Part shown: positions 27,448-37,513 of the stretch, piece by piece
Position numbering within the stretch: position 1 is the first letter of the stretch
How the letters are laid out: each line of letters starts with the position of its first letter
Virus record (IMG/VR): IMGVR_UViG_3300031758_009617
Direction: 5' to 3' (one strand)
From: an uncultured virus (IMG/VR IMGVR_UViG_3300031758_009617)
Taxonomy: Duplodnaviria > Heunggongvirae > Uroviricota > Caudoviricetes
DNA: 64,000 nt
Position numbers and translations under genes: made by a program
Notes under the pieces: generated by a model
What the model was told of the DNA's origin: nothing
The model's database searches: none
Seen by the model: the letters and a program-made list of their open reading frames with translations, nothing else

Positions 27448-28098
27448 TTATTTCTTTGAAATGGCATTTAAGAAGGTTTCAAAGGCACGAATCTTCATTT
27501 CTTGCAATTGACGTTGATTGGTCTTTTCAATCAGCTTCTTAGTTTCATCCATATTTTGATATGTCCATGAACCATTTACAAACATCCAATCCTTATTTTC
27601 CATAATCCCTTGTACGAAAGCATCAGGTGCCGAAGGGTCAGCCACAATGTCAGCCGCCGTTGCAAGATAGAAATCATCTTGAACTTCGTTGATACCTTCT
27701 GAAGTGGTTTTTAATGAACCCAATCCGCGTGACGACACACCCAACTTACCACCACCTTCAATGATGTTACGTGCAATATTACCCATTGGGGTGTTCATGA
27801 TTTTTGCACGACCAACATAATTGTTTCCATCTTCCTTCAATGACACAATCATGTGAGAGACACGGTCAAGATTGATGGTTGGACCTTCAGGATGTCCCAG
27901 TTCACCAAATGCGCGATTGGCTTCGACATATTCCTTCATGTAACGCTTTACTTCGCGTTCCATAACTGTCTTGGGATAGATACGTGAATTTTTATTGGCA
28001 ATTTCACTTTGAAGAAACACACCTTCAATGAAAAGATTTTTTGAATTTTCTTCGTTGATGATTTGAACATCTTCAACTATTTCAGCAATGAGTCTCAT
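27448..28098 (-). CDS. 21: Prohead protease gp21
   Basis: FIEGVFLQ, GELGHP, GVSSRGLGSL, DIVADPSAPDAFV. Confidence 0.98.
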   Translation of the reverse strand: MRLIAEIVEDVQIINEENSKNLFIEGVFLQSEIANKNSRIYPKTVMEREVKRYMKEYVEANRAFGELGHPEGPTINLDRVSHMIVSLKEDGNNYVGRAKIMNTPMGNIARNIIEGGGKLGVSSRGLGSLKTTSEGINEVQDDFYLATAADIVADPSAPDAFVQGIMENKDWMFVNGSWTYQNMDETKKLIEKTNQRQLQEMKIRAFETFLNAISKK

Positions 28099-28100
28099 GA

Positions 28101-28475
28101 TTATGCTCCTATTGATTGATTAAGATGTTGTGTATCACCATATCCTGAGACCTTCATGATTTCAAGAATAATGGTACCACCACCTGCGGGTAATGTCACA
28201 ACTATGTTACTACCATTTTCTCTGTTATCAGAAAATCCGTGAAATTGAAAATCACGTGCACCTGTCATAGCCCAAAGTTGTACAGAATTTCTTGAAACGG
28301 TTCCGTTACCTGAAGGTATTGACCAATAGATGCCACTAATATTTGCCTTAGGTGTTGCGGCATTCTGTGTTGTAGTTTCTAGTGTTGTTTCTAAATCAAT
28401 GGTTTCAGATGCATTTGCGCCTGTAATGGCAACTACAACATGTATGGGTGTCTTTTTAAGTATTGATATGGCCAT
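28101..28475 (-). CDS. Hypothetical head-module protein
   Basis: Beta-rich 124 aa ORF with RBS, in the position before gp21. Confidence 0.65.
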   Translation of the reverse strand: MAISILKKTPIHVVVAITGANASETIDLETTLETTTQNAATPKANISGIYWSIPSGNGTVSRNSVQLWAMTGARDFQFHGFSDNRENGSNIVVTLPAGGGTIILEIMKVSGYGDTQHLNQSIGA

Positions 28476-28478
28476 TTG

Positions 28479-28829
28479 TTACTCCGATTCTGATTGCATA
28501 TATTGTGCAGCCGATACAATATAATCTTCTGCTAAGGTAATTTTGCCTTGAACCCATTCAGGAAGATTGGTATCTTCAGATAACATATCATGCATTTCTT
28601 GTGCATTACGAATAATTGTTTTCAATGAAGATTTTGCCATATCACCTTCATAATCATATTCACCTCTTTCTTCGGATGTTTCTTCCTTCATTGCCATTTT
28701 AGTGGCTGTGGCATACATTACATTTTTTGCATTGGCACCGTAACGTTTGCGAAAATCTTTGAAGTTTTTCTTCATGGACTTCACAATCTTTTCTCGTTGA
28801 GCCATATCCTTTTCGCTCATCTTTGCCAT
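28479..28829 (-). CDS. Probable prohead core/internal protein
   Basis: REKIVKSMKK...VMYATATKMA and YEGDMAK...LPEWVQGKITLAEDYI modules seen in T4-like head-region proteins. Confidence 0.65.
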   Translation of the reverse strand: MAKMSEKDMAQREKIVKSMKKNFKDFRKRYGANAKNVMYATATKMAMKEETSEERGEYDYEGDMAKSSLKTIIRNAQEMHDMLSEDTNLPEWVQGKITLAEDYIVSAAQYMQSESE

Positions 28830-28831
28830 GA

Positions 28832-30019
28832 TTAATCCTTTTCAACGGTGAACTTTGTACTTTCATCCCATTGTTTTGGATATCCACCCTTGTTGTCACC
28901 TCTATAAAGTTTTTTGGGAGGTTCACGCTTGTCTAATATTTGTGAGGAACGGGCCATACCCTTCACGCGCTTGGCAAATTTTTTTGCTGACAAAGGTGCT
29001 TCTTGCTTCTTCAACACTCTGGTGCCTTGATCCATGGACTTTCGTTGATACGACTTCAAAGTTTCAGAAGAAATTTCATCAATGGATTCCACTTCTTCAT
29101 TAGCCTTTGCACGCTTAACAAGCTTGTTTGTAGCATTTGCAATTCCTCTTTCTCGCTTGTCTACCTTTTGGTATGTACCAGACTGAGCTTCACCTGCATA
29201 TGAATCTGCTGCCTTTTTGATATACGAACCGAGCGTTGCAGATTTCAATTCATCAATGGGCTTCACTTCTTCGTTCTTCATCTTCATGAAGTTCTTGGCA
29301 AACTTTGGCTTCTTGGCAGCTTCATATTCCTTCTTGGCATCTGCCATAGTCTTACTATATGACTTCTTCATTTCAGCCGCCTTCTTGGCAGCATATGGAT
29401 CTGAATATGCTTCTGAAGTTGATTTCACTTCTTCCTTCATGCCCTTCTTCTTGGCACGAAGCATCTTGAAGTCCATGGCATCTAATTTACCATTCTTGTT
29501 GACATCAATTTTCTTTTGACCACCAATTAAAGCTTCATCCATTCTTTCATCTTCATCTTCGTAGTCATCTTCTTCATCGTCATCCTCATCTTCTTTCTTT
29601 TCCTTCTTCATTTTCTTTTCTTCTTCCATACATTCAGCACATTCTTCTGTGTTGAACATTGATGAAGAAACTTCATTTTTCTTTGCATCAAGCAAAGCAT
29701 CAATTTTTGATTGTAATAATTCGTTGAAGATGTTATTGGCTTCTAGATGATTGCCTGCTTCAATGTTATCAATTAAATCTAAAATTTGTTCGTTAATATC
29801 TGCCATCTGAATATCCTCTTTTATTTGTGTAGCAGGTTTTAATTTAGACACATGTATGGTATGGGGATTAGAATCTGCATTTGATGGCTGAATATTCACA
29901 TGACCCGCAAGGGCAGAATTCTTATTTCCGTCGTGACGATGTATTACTCTACCTGTAACTTTCTTTCCTTTATGGGTGAAAGAAACGGTATCGCCTATCT
30001 TAACCTCATGTAGTTCCAT
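28832..30019 (-). CDS. gp67/gp68-like prohead core protein with charged low-complexity modules (possible second start at 29806)
   Basis: Directly after the portal gene; MADINEQILDLID...FNELLQSKIDALL segment, acidic tract, EF-hand-like DVNKNGKLDAMD, repeated IDE motifs. Confidence 0.65.
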   Translation of the reverse strand: MELHEVKIGDTVSFTHKGKKVTGRVIHRHDGNKNSALAGHVNIQPSNADSNPHTIHVSKLKPATQIKEDIQMADINEQILDLIDNIEAGNHLEANNIFNELLQSKIDALLDAKKNEVSSSMFNTEECAECMEEEKKMKKEKKEDEDDDEEDDYEDEDERMDEALIGGQKKIDVNKNGKLDAMDFKMLRAKKKGMKEEVKSTSEAYSDPYAAKKAAEMKKSYSKTMADAKKEYEAAKKPKFAKNFMKMKNEEVKPIDELKSATLGSYIKKAADSYAGEAQSGTYQKVDKRERGIANATNKLVKRAKANEEVESIDEISSETLKSYQRKSMDQGTRVLKKQEAPLSAKKFAKRVKGMARSSQILDKREPPKKLYRGDNKGGYPKQWDESTKFTVEKD

Positions 30020-31589
30020 TCTTTTTCTTCTCCGGTGGGGCGGGGAAAGGAGATCCCTTAGGTAATATGTTGCCGGGCTGATTTGGGTCTTCAAGGGGTT
30101 CAGAGTAATCCATTCCTGCTGAAGCAGCTTCTTCGTTTTCTGAATTCATTTGTGCAATTTCTTCATCAGTTAAACGCAACACATGCTTTTGAATGTAACT
30201 CTTACTTATATATTTACCATCAAATTCTGCAAGTTGTGATAGTAATTCAACGCGAGCCCGCAACAATTCTTGGTCTTTGCTTTCAGAATAATAGGCATCT
30301 TGAGCAAACTTATACTTGATATCTTCCTTCATTTCTTCCCAATCAGTTTCAGTTGTGACACCTTTTAACACAAGTTGTGTTTTCAACAGGTCATCAAACA
30401 TACGTGAAAATTGACGGCGCAATTTATTGATGAATTTTGTGAACTTCAATTCATCACGATTAATTTCAGCGGCACGACCAAAGTTCAATCCTGATTGTTG
30501 TTGCAAACGAGAAACAGGAACATATAAACTTTCATACAACTTACGTTGGAAGTATTCAATGTCGGCAATTTCACCGAGGTTTTGACCACCAGGTAGAGTA
30601 TCAATTTCAGTACCCTTACCTCCTTCACGACGAGGCAACCAGAAATCTTCCAACAAGCTCATAGTCTTTTTATCATCACGAATCTCGCCTGTGTTGGCAT
30701 CATACACCAACTTGTTGCGATAACGATTCATGATGTCCTTGATGTATTGTTCAGCCTTCAACTTGGGAAGGTTACCTACATCAATATAGAAAATTCTTCT
30801 TTCGGGCGCTCTTGCTAAACGATAGATGACAAGAGCATTTTCCATCATACGCAATTGGTTTGCTGTTTTGATGGCTTTATGTAAATAGCTCAACACCATG
30901 TTATTATCTACATCAACTAAACCTGATGGGACATAACAAATGGCGTCTTTGGTTATTTTCAATCCTTGTGTGGCACTTGGACTTGCTTGTGTCACAGGTG
31001 TAGTTAATACACCCTTTTCATTATATACGAAAAATTCTTCCACCTTACGTACAAGTTCTACACCTGTATTTTTTTCAGTTTCTTTAATGACGTTTCTGAT
31101 TTTCTTGATTTTTCTTGGATCAATATAACGAATATCAGTTAACCCTTGTTTGGGTTTTGCTACGTCTACAACTTTGTGAAAATACACACGACCATCTACA
31201 TACCAGCGACGAAAATAATCTTGTGCTCGATGTTTAAAGTCAAGAATTTGTGTGATGTTTGCAAATTCTTCCTTGATGGCTTTCTTGATTGATGCTGGAG
31301 CCTTTACATCATCTAAATCAATTTCAATAGGATCCTCATCTTCAATATTGGCAATGGATTCATTGACGATATCATCAATGGCACTATCAACATCCGCCAT
31401 TAAAGAAATGGCACGATAGCGTTGAATTAAATCTGATTCATTTTTTGCTGCATTATCCAGGTCGAGGTAGGTACCGTAGTACCCACCTGCCCGGACAGTG
31501 TCGAGAGCACCATCGTCGGAAGGAGGCACGAAACTAATTTCAGTTCGTGCGGGCTCCTTCCGCTTGATGCTATATCCAAAAATATCCAT
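30006..31589 (-). CDS. 20: Portal protein gp20
   Basis: FRRWYVDGR, RAPERRIFYIDVGNLPK, EDFWLPRREGGKGTEI. Confidence 0.99.
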   Translation of the reverse strand: MDIFGYSIKRKEPARTEISFVPPSDDGALDTVRAGGYYGTYLDLDNAAKNESDLIQRYRAISLMADVDSAIDDIVNESIANIEDEDPIEIDLDDVKAPASIKKAIKEEFANITQILDFKHRAQDYFRRWYVDGRVYFHKVVDVAKPKQGLTDIRYIDPRKIKKIRNVIKETEKNTGVELVRKVEEFFVYNEKGVLTTPVTQASPSATQGLKITKDAICYVPSGLVDVDNNMVLSYLHKAIKTANQLRMMENALVIYRLARAPERRIFYIDVGNLPKLKAEQYIKDIMNRYRNKLVYDANTGEIRDDKKTMSLLEDFWLPRREGGKGTEIDTLPGGQNLGEIADIEYFQRKLYESLYVPVSRLQQQSGLNFGRAAEINRDELKFTKFINKLRRQFSRMFDDLLKTQLVLKGVTTETDWEEMKEDIKYKFAQDAYYSESKDQELLRARVELLSQLAEFDGKYISKSYIQKHVLRLTDEEIAQMNSENEEAASAGMDYSEPLEDPNQPGNILPKGSPFPAPPEKKKNGTT

Positions 31590-31611
31590 AATATTTTTAC
31601 CTTGTCAAAGA

Positions 31612-32127
31612 TTAAACAGGTGTTACGTCAAAATGCGAATATTGGAAAGTCACTGTGAATTCTGAAATGACATCATTTTGACTGTATGCTAATGCAATTT
31701 CTGAAACGTTAATTGGGAATGCGTTACGAATTTCATATGTACGAAGTGTAACATCATTTCTATCCAATTGTTGTACACGTAAATCACATTGATACAACGC
31801 AGGGGTTAATTGACCACCGTTGTTTACACGGTCGTTCATTAAGTTTGTCCAGCGTTCGAAGTATTGACGCATCTTCAAAGATGTATCGTTGATAACTGTG
31901 ATTGTCCATGGATCAAAGATGCGTTCTCCTGCCATCTTTACTTCACGACCACGATATTGAACGATTGTTGGGTTAACGTTTGATGCAGGGAGTGCAGCGG
32001 CTGTGACAAGTAATGAGTCATCAGAAGCGGCTACTCCTACTGCTGCAGGCCAAGTAAGTGTTACCAAAAATTGATTTGGACGAGCACCACCTGCGCCTAA
32101 CTTGTTTCTAAATTGGGTAATATCCAT
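31612..32127 (-). CDS. 19: Tail tube protein gp19
   Basis: GGARPNQF, AAALPAS, YRGREVKMAGER, WTITVIND, AFPINVSEIAL. Confidence 0.96.
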   Translation of the reverse strand: MDITQFRNKLGAGGARPNQFLVTLTWPAAVGVAASDDSLLVTAAALPASNVNPTIVQYRGREVKMAGERIFDPWTITVINDTSLKMRQYFERWTNLMNDRVNNGGQLTPALYQCDLRVQQLDRNDVTLRTYEIRNAFPINVSEIALAYSQNDVISEFTVTFQYSHFDVTPV

Positions 32128-32156
32128 TTGTTTCTATCTCCTAGAAGTTATTTAGT

Positions 32157-33830
32157 TTAGGCGCCTACGACTTCTTCAAAGCTCACACCAGTACGTGTGG
32201 CGATGAAGTTCAATTGCATGAAGTTGATTGAACGAGCTGGCTTGATGAAGATGTCAGCTACGAATTCGTTACGGTCAATGACTTCGCCTGTGTTATTTGT
32301 TTCATCGCAAACTACGCGGAAGTCAAAGATACCACGACGACCACGAACATCGCGCAAGAATGGTTCCACTAAGTTACGGAATTGTGCGCGTGTGAAGGCA
32401 TCGTTGAATTCAAACAATTGATACTTGCCTGCTGTGGCAATTGCCTTTTCTAGAACGATGAACAAACGACGAACGTTGATTCTATCGAAAGCTGATGGCT
32501 TGGCAAGAAGTGTCTTGTCGCCAAACAATACAGTACCTTCGCCTGGGAATGACACAACTGGGTTGATGCCATTCTTATATAGTTCATCGCGGTCAGTCTT
32601 GTCAGGTGAATATGCCAACTTCACAACATTCTTGATTTGACCACGATTTAAACCACCTGGTGAGAACCAAGGATCGGCAATGGTGTCAGTACGTGCACAG
32701 AGACCTGCAATGTCGGCATTCAATGGAACCCAACGATACAAATCATTGTACTTGTCGTATTGATATTTCCAACCTGAGTCCATAACACCATATGATGTAT
32801 TGACATTTAATGTATCTTGACGGTCTGTGATGATGTCCTCAGCTTCGCTGCCTGCGTTATTTAATACAGATGCTAAGAGAGGTGAAACGAAACCTACGCA
32901 ATCCATACGTGCTTGAGCAGTTTGAATCATGTATTGTCCAACTGCTAATGCGTTAGGACCGTTGAATAGAAGATTTACATCAACGATTTCTGCATTGGCA
33001 AATAAGTCCCAACCTGTTTGAAGTGCGCCGGTTGATGGTGCATCGTCAGAAACACCATTGGCAAGTGACCAATCGTCTGATCCTAAGCCATCATATTCGA
33101 TTGATGCTGATGCAGCACTGCCCCAGTTTGTTCCTGCAGGATGATCCATCCAATATACGTAACGTGAACCACGAAGTACATCACGATAGAATGCATTTGA
33201 TCCGTCAGCCTTCTTAACGTCACTACCCTTTGAAACGAATGCAAACTTTTCTAGTACAGTACCAGGTGTGCCTGTCCATAAACCATCTTCGTCAACAACG
33301 ACAATGTGCATTTCGTCGCCGGCTTCAGTGTTTCCTAAATTCACGAGGAAGTCTGATGTGCCAGGTGCTGCGTCGAATTCTGTGCGATAGGTCCATGCTG
33401 AGAAGCCTGAAGCGTCACATGCTGACACCTTTAATGAGTTACCTAGAACACCTGGGAACTTAGCAGCCCATTCACCTACTGATGCGGCGCCGTTTGAATA
33501 TTGTGCTTCCCATTGGTCTTCGTTCTTGATGAGAATTGCTGTGCCTGATGTTACAGCATTCTTTGCATTACTACCTACTGAGCGAACAACCTTTAAGTTG
33601 TTGCCATATGCCAAGAAGTTGGCGGCTGAGAACCAGCTAGCGGCAACTGTATTGTTTGGCTTTGCAAATGTTTTGACGAGTTCAGCTTCGTTGCTGATGG
33701 TTGTGATTTGTTCTACCGGACCCCATTGGAAGGCTCCTACGTAGCCACCTATTGATGTGGCAACAGCAGGAACGATACCTGTTAGGTCTTTTTCGACTAC
33801 AAGTACGCCTGGTGATAATTGAAATGCCAT
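32157..33830 (-). CDS. 18: Tail sheath protein gp18
   Basis: QLSPGV, WGPV, PWFSPGG, FGDKT, FDRINVRRLF, FEFND. Confidence 0.98.
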   Translation of the reverse strand: MAFQLSPGVLVVEKDLTGIVPAVATSIGGYVGAFQWGPVEQITTISNEAELVKTFAKPNNTVAASWFSAANFLAYGNNLKVVRSVGSNAKNAVTSGTAILIKNEDQWEAQYSNGAASVGEWAAKFPGVLGNSLKVSACDASGFSAWTYRTEFDAAPGTSDFLVNLGNTEAGDEMHIVVVDEDGLWTGTPGTVLEKFAFVSKGSDVKKADGSNAFYRDVLRGSRYVYWMDHPAGTNWGSAASASIEYDGLGSDDWSLANGVSDDAPSTGALQTGWDLFANAEIVDVNLLFNGPNALAVGQYMIQTAQARMDCVGFVSPLLASVLNNAGSEAEDIITDRQDTLNVNTSYGVMDSGWKYQYDKYNDLYRWVPLNADIAGLCARTDTIADPWFSPGGLNRGQIKNVVKLAYSPDKTDRDELYKNGINPVVSFPGEGTVLFGDKTLLAKPSAFDRINVRRLFIVLEKAIATAGKYQLFEFNDAFTRAQFRNLVEPFLRDVRGRRGIFDFRVVCDETNNTGEVIDRNEFVADIFIKPARSINFMQLNFIATRTGVSFEEVVGA

Positions 33831-33898
33831 TTTATTCTCCTGTTAGTGATTGAAATCTTAATAGTATTTTCAGGGCGTGATTACACTATGGTTTATAA

Positions 33899-33906
33899 TA
33901 TTTATA
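33899..33906 (-). promoter_or_regulatory. Late promoter upstream of gp18
   Basis: TATAAATA. Confidence 0.8.
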
Positions 33907-33929
33907 ACTTTACACACCTTCAAAATACT

Positions 33930-35573
33930 TTAATTCTTGTAGATGTTGTTCCATGGCAAAGATTTATCGGTTGACCACACAATATTGTTCTCAACAAATA
34001 TGGATTCTGAAGTGCCGTCATCTATGAAACCAAATGGTGTCAGTTCATCTTCAATTTGCATCATTTGTTGTTTGTAGATTCTCTCACGAACGTTGATGTC
34101 TGTGAGTTCGCGGAAATATTGGTTTGTGGTAAGCCAACCAAATAGTACTAACGTCATCACTAAGTCATCATGATATCCTTCGTCAGCTACGAATGTACCA
34201 TTTTTCTCAATGAATGTTGAAAATTCATGAATGGTTTCGGCGTCAAATATATTTAGTTTTTTCTCCTCGAGGAGAGATTTGATGGCGAAACACCCTTGAC
34301 GTTTCACAGACTTTGTGGTTCTAACACCCATTGTTGTGGATTTGGCAAATCCTGGACTAATGTAGGTTTGTTTGTTTTCTTGTATTGTACAGAGCATATT
34401 TTCATATTCATGTTCAATATGTAGAATGTCTGCAATTTGTCCGCCAATGTCATTTGTTTCTACAAGTATATATGCATTATTGTAATCTCGTGCAGCTTTC
34501 ACAATGACATCTGGGAACAACATGGGAGAAATGGTATTGTTTTTAAACTTACCTACAAGTTTATACGGCATCTCAGTGACATCAACAATGGTGAATGCCG
34601 AATAATCTCCTCCCACACCTCGGGCAACGTCAACACAAATGACATACATTCTATCTTTGCTGGGTTCAGTATAAATGGACAACCCCATTTCATTGTAAAA
34701 CACAGGATCCATACTACTCATATATGCCAGTGTTGCGCCATTAATCAACGTGTTTGTAGAACCCAAAAACTGACATAGTACTTCTTGATTGAATTTCACA
34801 TCACCCAACGTCTTTCTTTGTTCTTCTGCCCAGGCTTCATCACGACCCGGAATTTCCCAATATGGAATAAAGTGATGAACGAACCCGTTTTTACCCTTTT
34901 CAGCTTCGTTCCAGAATTTCCAAAAATGGTTGTAACCTAATGGGGTGGATGTTAGCAGAATCTTGGTTGTTGTACCGGCAGAAATTGTCGGATATACAGA
35001 CGCAAAGAATTGTTCTGCAATGTTGTTCGGGATAATGGCAGCTTCGTCAATATACAGCCAGTTAACAGACTTACCACGAATACCGGATCCTGTTGTGGCA
35101 GCAGTAAACACCTTACTTCCATTTTCCAACTCAACGTTACCTTTGTTCCAAGTACGAACTCCTTGTTGCATCCAGATGGGAAGATGTTCATACATGATTT
35201 GATAACGGTCTAATACTTCACGCGCAGCACTACCTTTATTGGCTAGAATTGCTACAGTTTTACTCTCTTGAAATAATGTATACCATAGGATACATGCGGC
35301 AGCCGTGATAGTTTTTCCTTGCTGACGCCCTTCCATAAGTACCACTTTACGATTATTCAGAATAACATTAACTTTCGTTTTCTGACAACCGTACAGTTTG
35401 AAAAGTTGTAATCCATGGTCAAGTGTAACAATGTGACAATAATTCTCAATGAAATAAATTGGATCCTCTTGACACTTCACAAATTCCTGAATTTCTTCTG
35501 GTGTGAACTGGTGTTGATGACCAACAGGTTTTAAGTTAGGATTGCCATGGTACGAATTGTTTTCTTCAATCAT
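33930..35573 (-). CDS. 17: Terminase large subunit gp17
   Basis: YHGNPNLK, GRQQGKT, YIDEAA, TSTPLG, VDVARGVGGDYS, HDDLVM. Confidence 0.98.
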   Translation of the reverse strand: MIEENNSYHGNPNLKPVGHQHQFTPEEIQEFVKCQEDPIYFIENYCHIVTLDHGLQLFKLYGCQKTKVNVILNNRKVVLMEGRQQGKTITAAACILWYTLFQESKTVAILANKGSAAREVLDRYQIMYEHLPIWMQQGVRTWNKGNVELENGSKVFTAATTGSGIRGKSVNWLYIDEAAIIPNNIAEQFFASVYPTISAGTTTKILLTSTPLGYNHFWKFWNEAEKGKNGFVHHFIPYWEIPGRDEAWAEEQRKTLGDVKFNQEVLCQFLGSTNTLINGATLAYMSSMDPVFYNEMGLSIYTEPSKDRMYVICVDVARGVGGDYSAFTIVDVTEMPYKLVGKFKNNTISPMLFPDVIVKAARDYNNAYILVETNDIGGQIADILHIEHEYENMLCTIQENKQTYISPGFAKSTTMGVRTTKSVKRQGCFAIKSLLEEKKLNIFDAETIHEFSTFIEKNGTFVADEGYHDDLVMTLVLFGWLTTNQYFRELTDINVRERIYKQQMMQIEDELTPFGFIDDGTSESIFVENNIVWSTDKSLPWNNIYKN

Positions 35574-35967
35574 TTACATCCTGTATTGTAATGGGTTCAT
35601 TGACTTTCTTCATGGCTTTCAATAACTCATGAGTTGAACCAACGAACAAATTGTTTTGTGTCTGTATTTTTGGTTTATCTGTTTTTTCCAATTCTTTTTT
35701 CCGCTTTTGAACTTCAAGTAAATCCTTGGCAGTATCAGAAACAGTCTTAATGAGTTGTCCTGCAACTTCATATGCTCGGGGATGGTCACTGTTTTTTGCA
35801 ATATGTAAGATACCGTCAATGGCTTCATTCCCCTTATCAATTAAATTTCTCAATGTTTCACGGGCGTGTTGGGCATCATCTTCTATTACAGGAGATGTCT
35901 TTTCTTCCACCTCGTCTACTGTCGTTGAAACAACTTGAAATTTTTCATCTAACTTATCAAAGCTCAT
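35566..35967 (-). CDS. 16: Terminase small subunit gp16
   Basis: SDHPRAYEVAGQLIK, NNLFVGST. Confidence 0.95.
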   Translation of the reverse strand: MSFDKLDEKFQVVSTTVDEVEEKTSPVIEDDAQHARETLRNLIDKGNEAIDGILHIAKNSDHPRAYEVAGQLIKTVSDTAKDLLEVQKRKKELEKTDKPKIQTQNNLFVGSTHELLKAMKKVNEPITIQDVND

Positions 35968-36773
35968 ATTTCACTCGAAAAAATGTCATCAAATTCTTGT
36001 ACGAATGTATAATTATCTATAGGTGTTGCATTTTCTGGGTCTGTGGTAGTTGTGATTCTTCTACCAACCTGAGTATTTGTAGGAGGTTGTCCTTCAAACA
36101 ATCCATAATCTGTATATATGTTTTGTATTGTTTTCTTGATGAGATTGGCATCTTGCACATACCCAAAGAAGTTCATTTTAATTGTAAAGTTCAAATCCCA
36201 AATTACACTCAACCGCTTATCAAATCCTCCCTCCCACTCATCTTGATAACTGATGTTATCCAGTACAATTTGTAAGTCACGTTTCACGCCCAGTTCAGGA
36301 ATTTCATTAATTGTGACATTGAAATCAGGATTGAAATAGGGGAGAATTTGTTCCACAATTTGTAATCCATCATCTTGATTTTTTGCAAACACACTTAAAC
36401 TAATCCCCATGTTATATGGGGTAGAAATATATGAATAGCGAACACCCGTATTTGTTGTACCTGTTGTATCAACTGAACGAACATTTTGTGTAACAGCTAA
36501 TTTTCTAGATGCATCATAATTAAAATTTGTTATTTCAAATCCCATACGGGGTAATGTAATTTGAAACGTTGCACGACCTGTTTCTAGTTCAGGAGCTTCA
36601 CGAATACGGTCTATGAACTTTTGCTTTGGGGCATAACTTAATGGCACAAACAAACTTTGTGCAACTTCACCTTCGGCGTTTATTCTACGTAATGTGATGT
36701 TATTAAACAACGTACCAAAAGCAATAATAGCCTTACGTATATGTTGATGATAGAAGTGACGATTATTAAACAT
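35964..36773 (-). CDS. 15: Tail sheath stabiliser/completion protein gp15
   Basis: FYHQHIRK, VPLSYAPKQKF, LPRMGFE, QIVEQILPYFNP. Confidence 0.96.
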   Translation of the reverse strand: MFNNRHFYHQHIRKAIIAFGTLFNNITLRRINAEGEVAQSLFVPLSYAPKQKFIDRIREAPELETGRATFQITLPRMGFEITNFNYDASRKLAVTQNVRSVDTTGTTNTGVRYSYISTPYNMGISLSVFAKNQDDGLQIVEQILPYFNPDFNVTINEIPELGVKRDLQIVLDNISYQDEWEGGFDKRLSVIWDLNFTIKMNFFGYVQDANLIKKTIQNIYTDYGLFEGQPPTNTQVGRRITTTTDPENATPIDNYTFVQEFDDIFSSEI

Positions 36774-37513
36774 TAGTATTCACCAAATGGATTAACTTCA
36801 GAAAAATCAAGAATGTCGCTGCCTTCAGATTCGAAAAATTCTGTATCAGAAAACGGTACATTATCAATTGTTTTGAAATCTTGTTTGATAATTGAGAATC
36901 CTGCTTGTGTTAACAACCTGCCGCCTGTTTGAGTTAACACTTCATATTCATAGGCATCTTGTGTAATGGTGTCAACTGTGACATCAATTTCTGCAACACC
37001 TGTTGAAAACACTTCTGAACTATATTGATACAATTCACAACTCATACTGTAAATGTAAAATTTGCCTAATTGATAGAATGGATCAAGGTGTTGCACGAAC
37101 TTAATTTCAAACATACTGTTAGTTTTCGGGAGATAAATTAAATCTCCTTCAGCGGGACGAGATGGGAGTTGTAGTAATTCCGGGGGACTGGCTCCTACAC
37201 TATCTTCCCATCTACGTTTTGAAACAACGAATGTGGCTTGGTCATTTACATTGATACCAAACTTTGTGAATAGTTCACCATTGCCGTCCCATCCTTGAAT
37301 GTTTGCCAAATACATTTCTAATGGAATGGCAGTATCAAAGCGACTTAATACATCTTCTCCCAATACATTATCTTGATTACCTGATGAACGAGGAAGATAG
37401 TATACATCATGACCATAAATCTTGATGCTTTCAATGATTAAATCTTCCAAGAGTCGCTGTTCATTGGTAACTCCCGAGGTGTTACCGCTTTGAAAATAAA
37501 AATTGGTTGGCAT
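36773..37513 (-). CDS. 14: Neck protein gp14
   Basis: ESIKIYGHDVYYLPR, RPAEGDLIY, PFYQLGK, DFSEVNPFG. Confidence 0.96.
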   Translation of the reverse strand: MPTNFYFQSGNTSGVTNEQRLLEDLIIESIKIYGHDVYYLPRSSGNQDNVLGEDVLSRFDTAIPLEMYLANIQGWDGNGELFTKFGINVNDQATFVVSKRRWEDSVGASPPELLQLPSRPAEGDLIYLPKTNSMFEIKFVQHLDPFYQLGKFYIYSMSCELYQYSSEVFSTGVAEIDVTVDTITQDAYEYEVLTQTGGRLLTQAGFSIIKQDFKTIDNVPFSDTEFFESEGSDILDFSEVNPFGEY

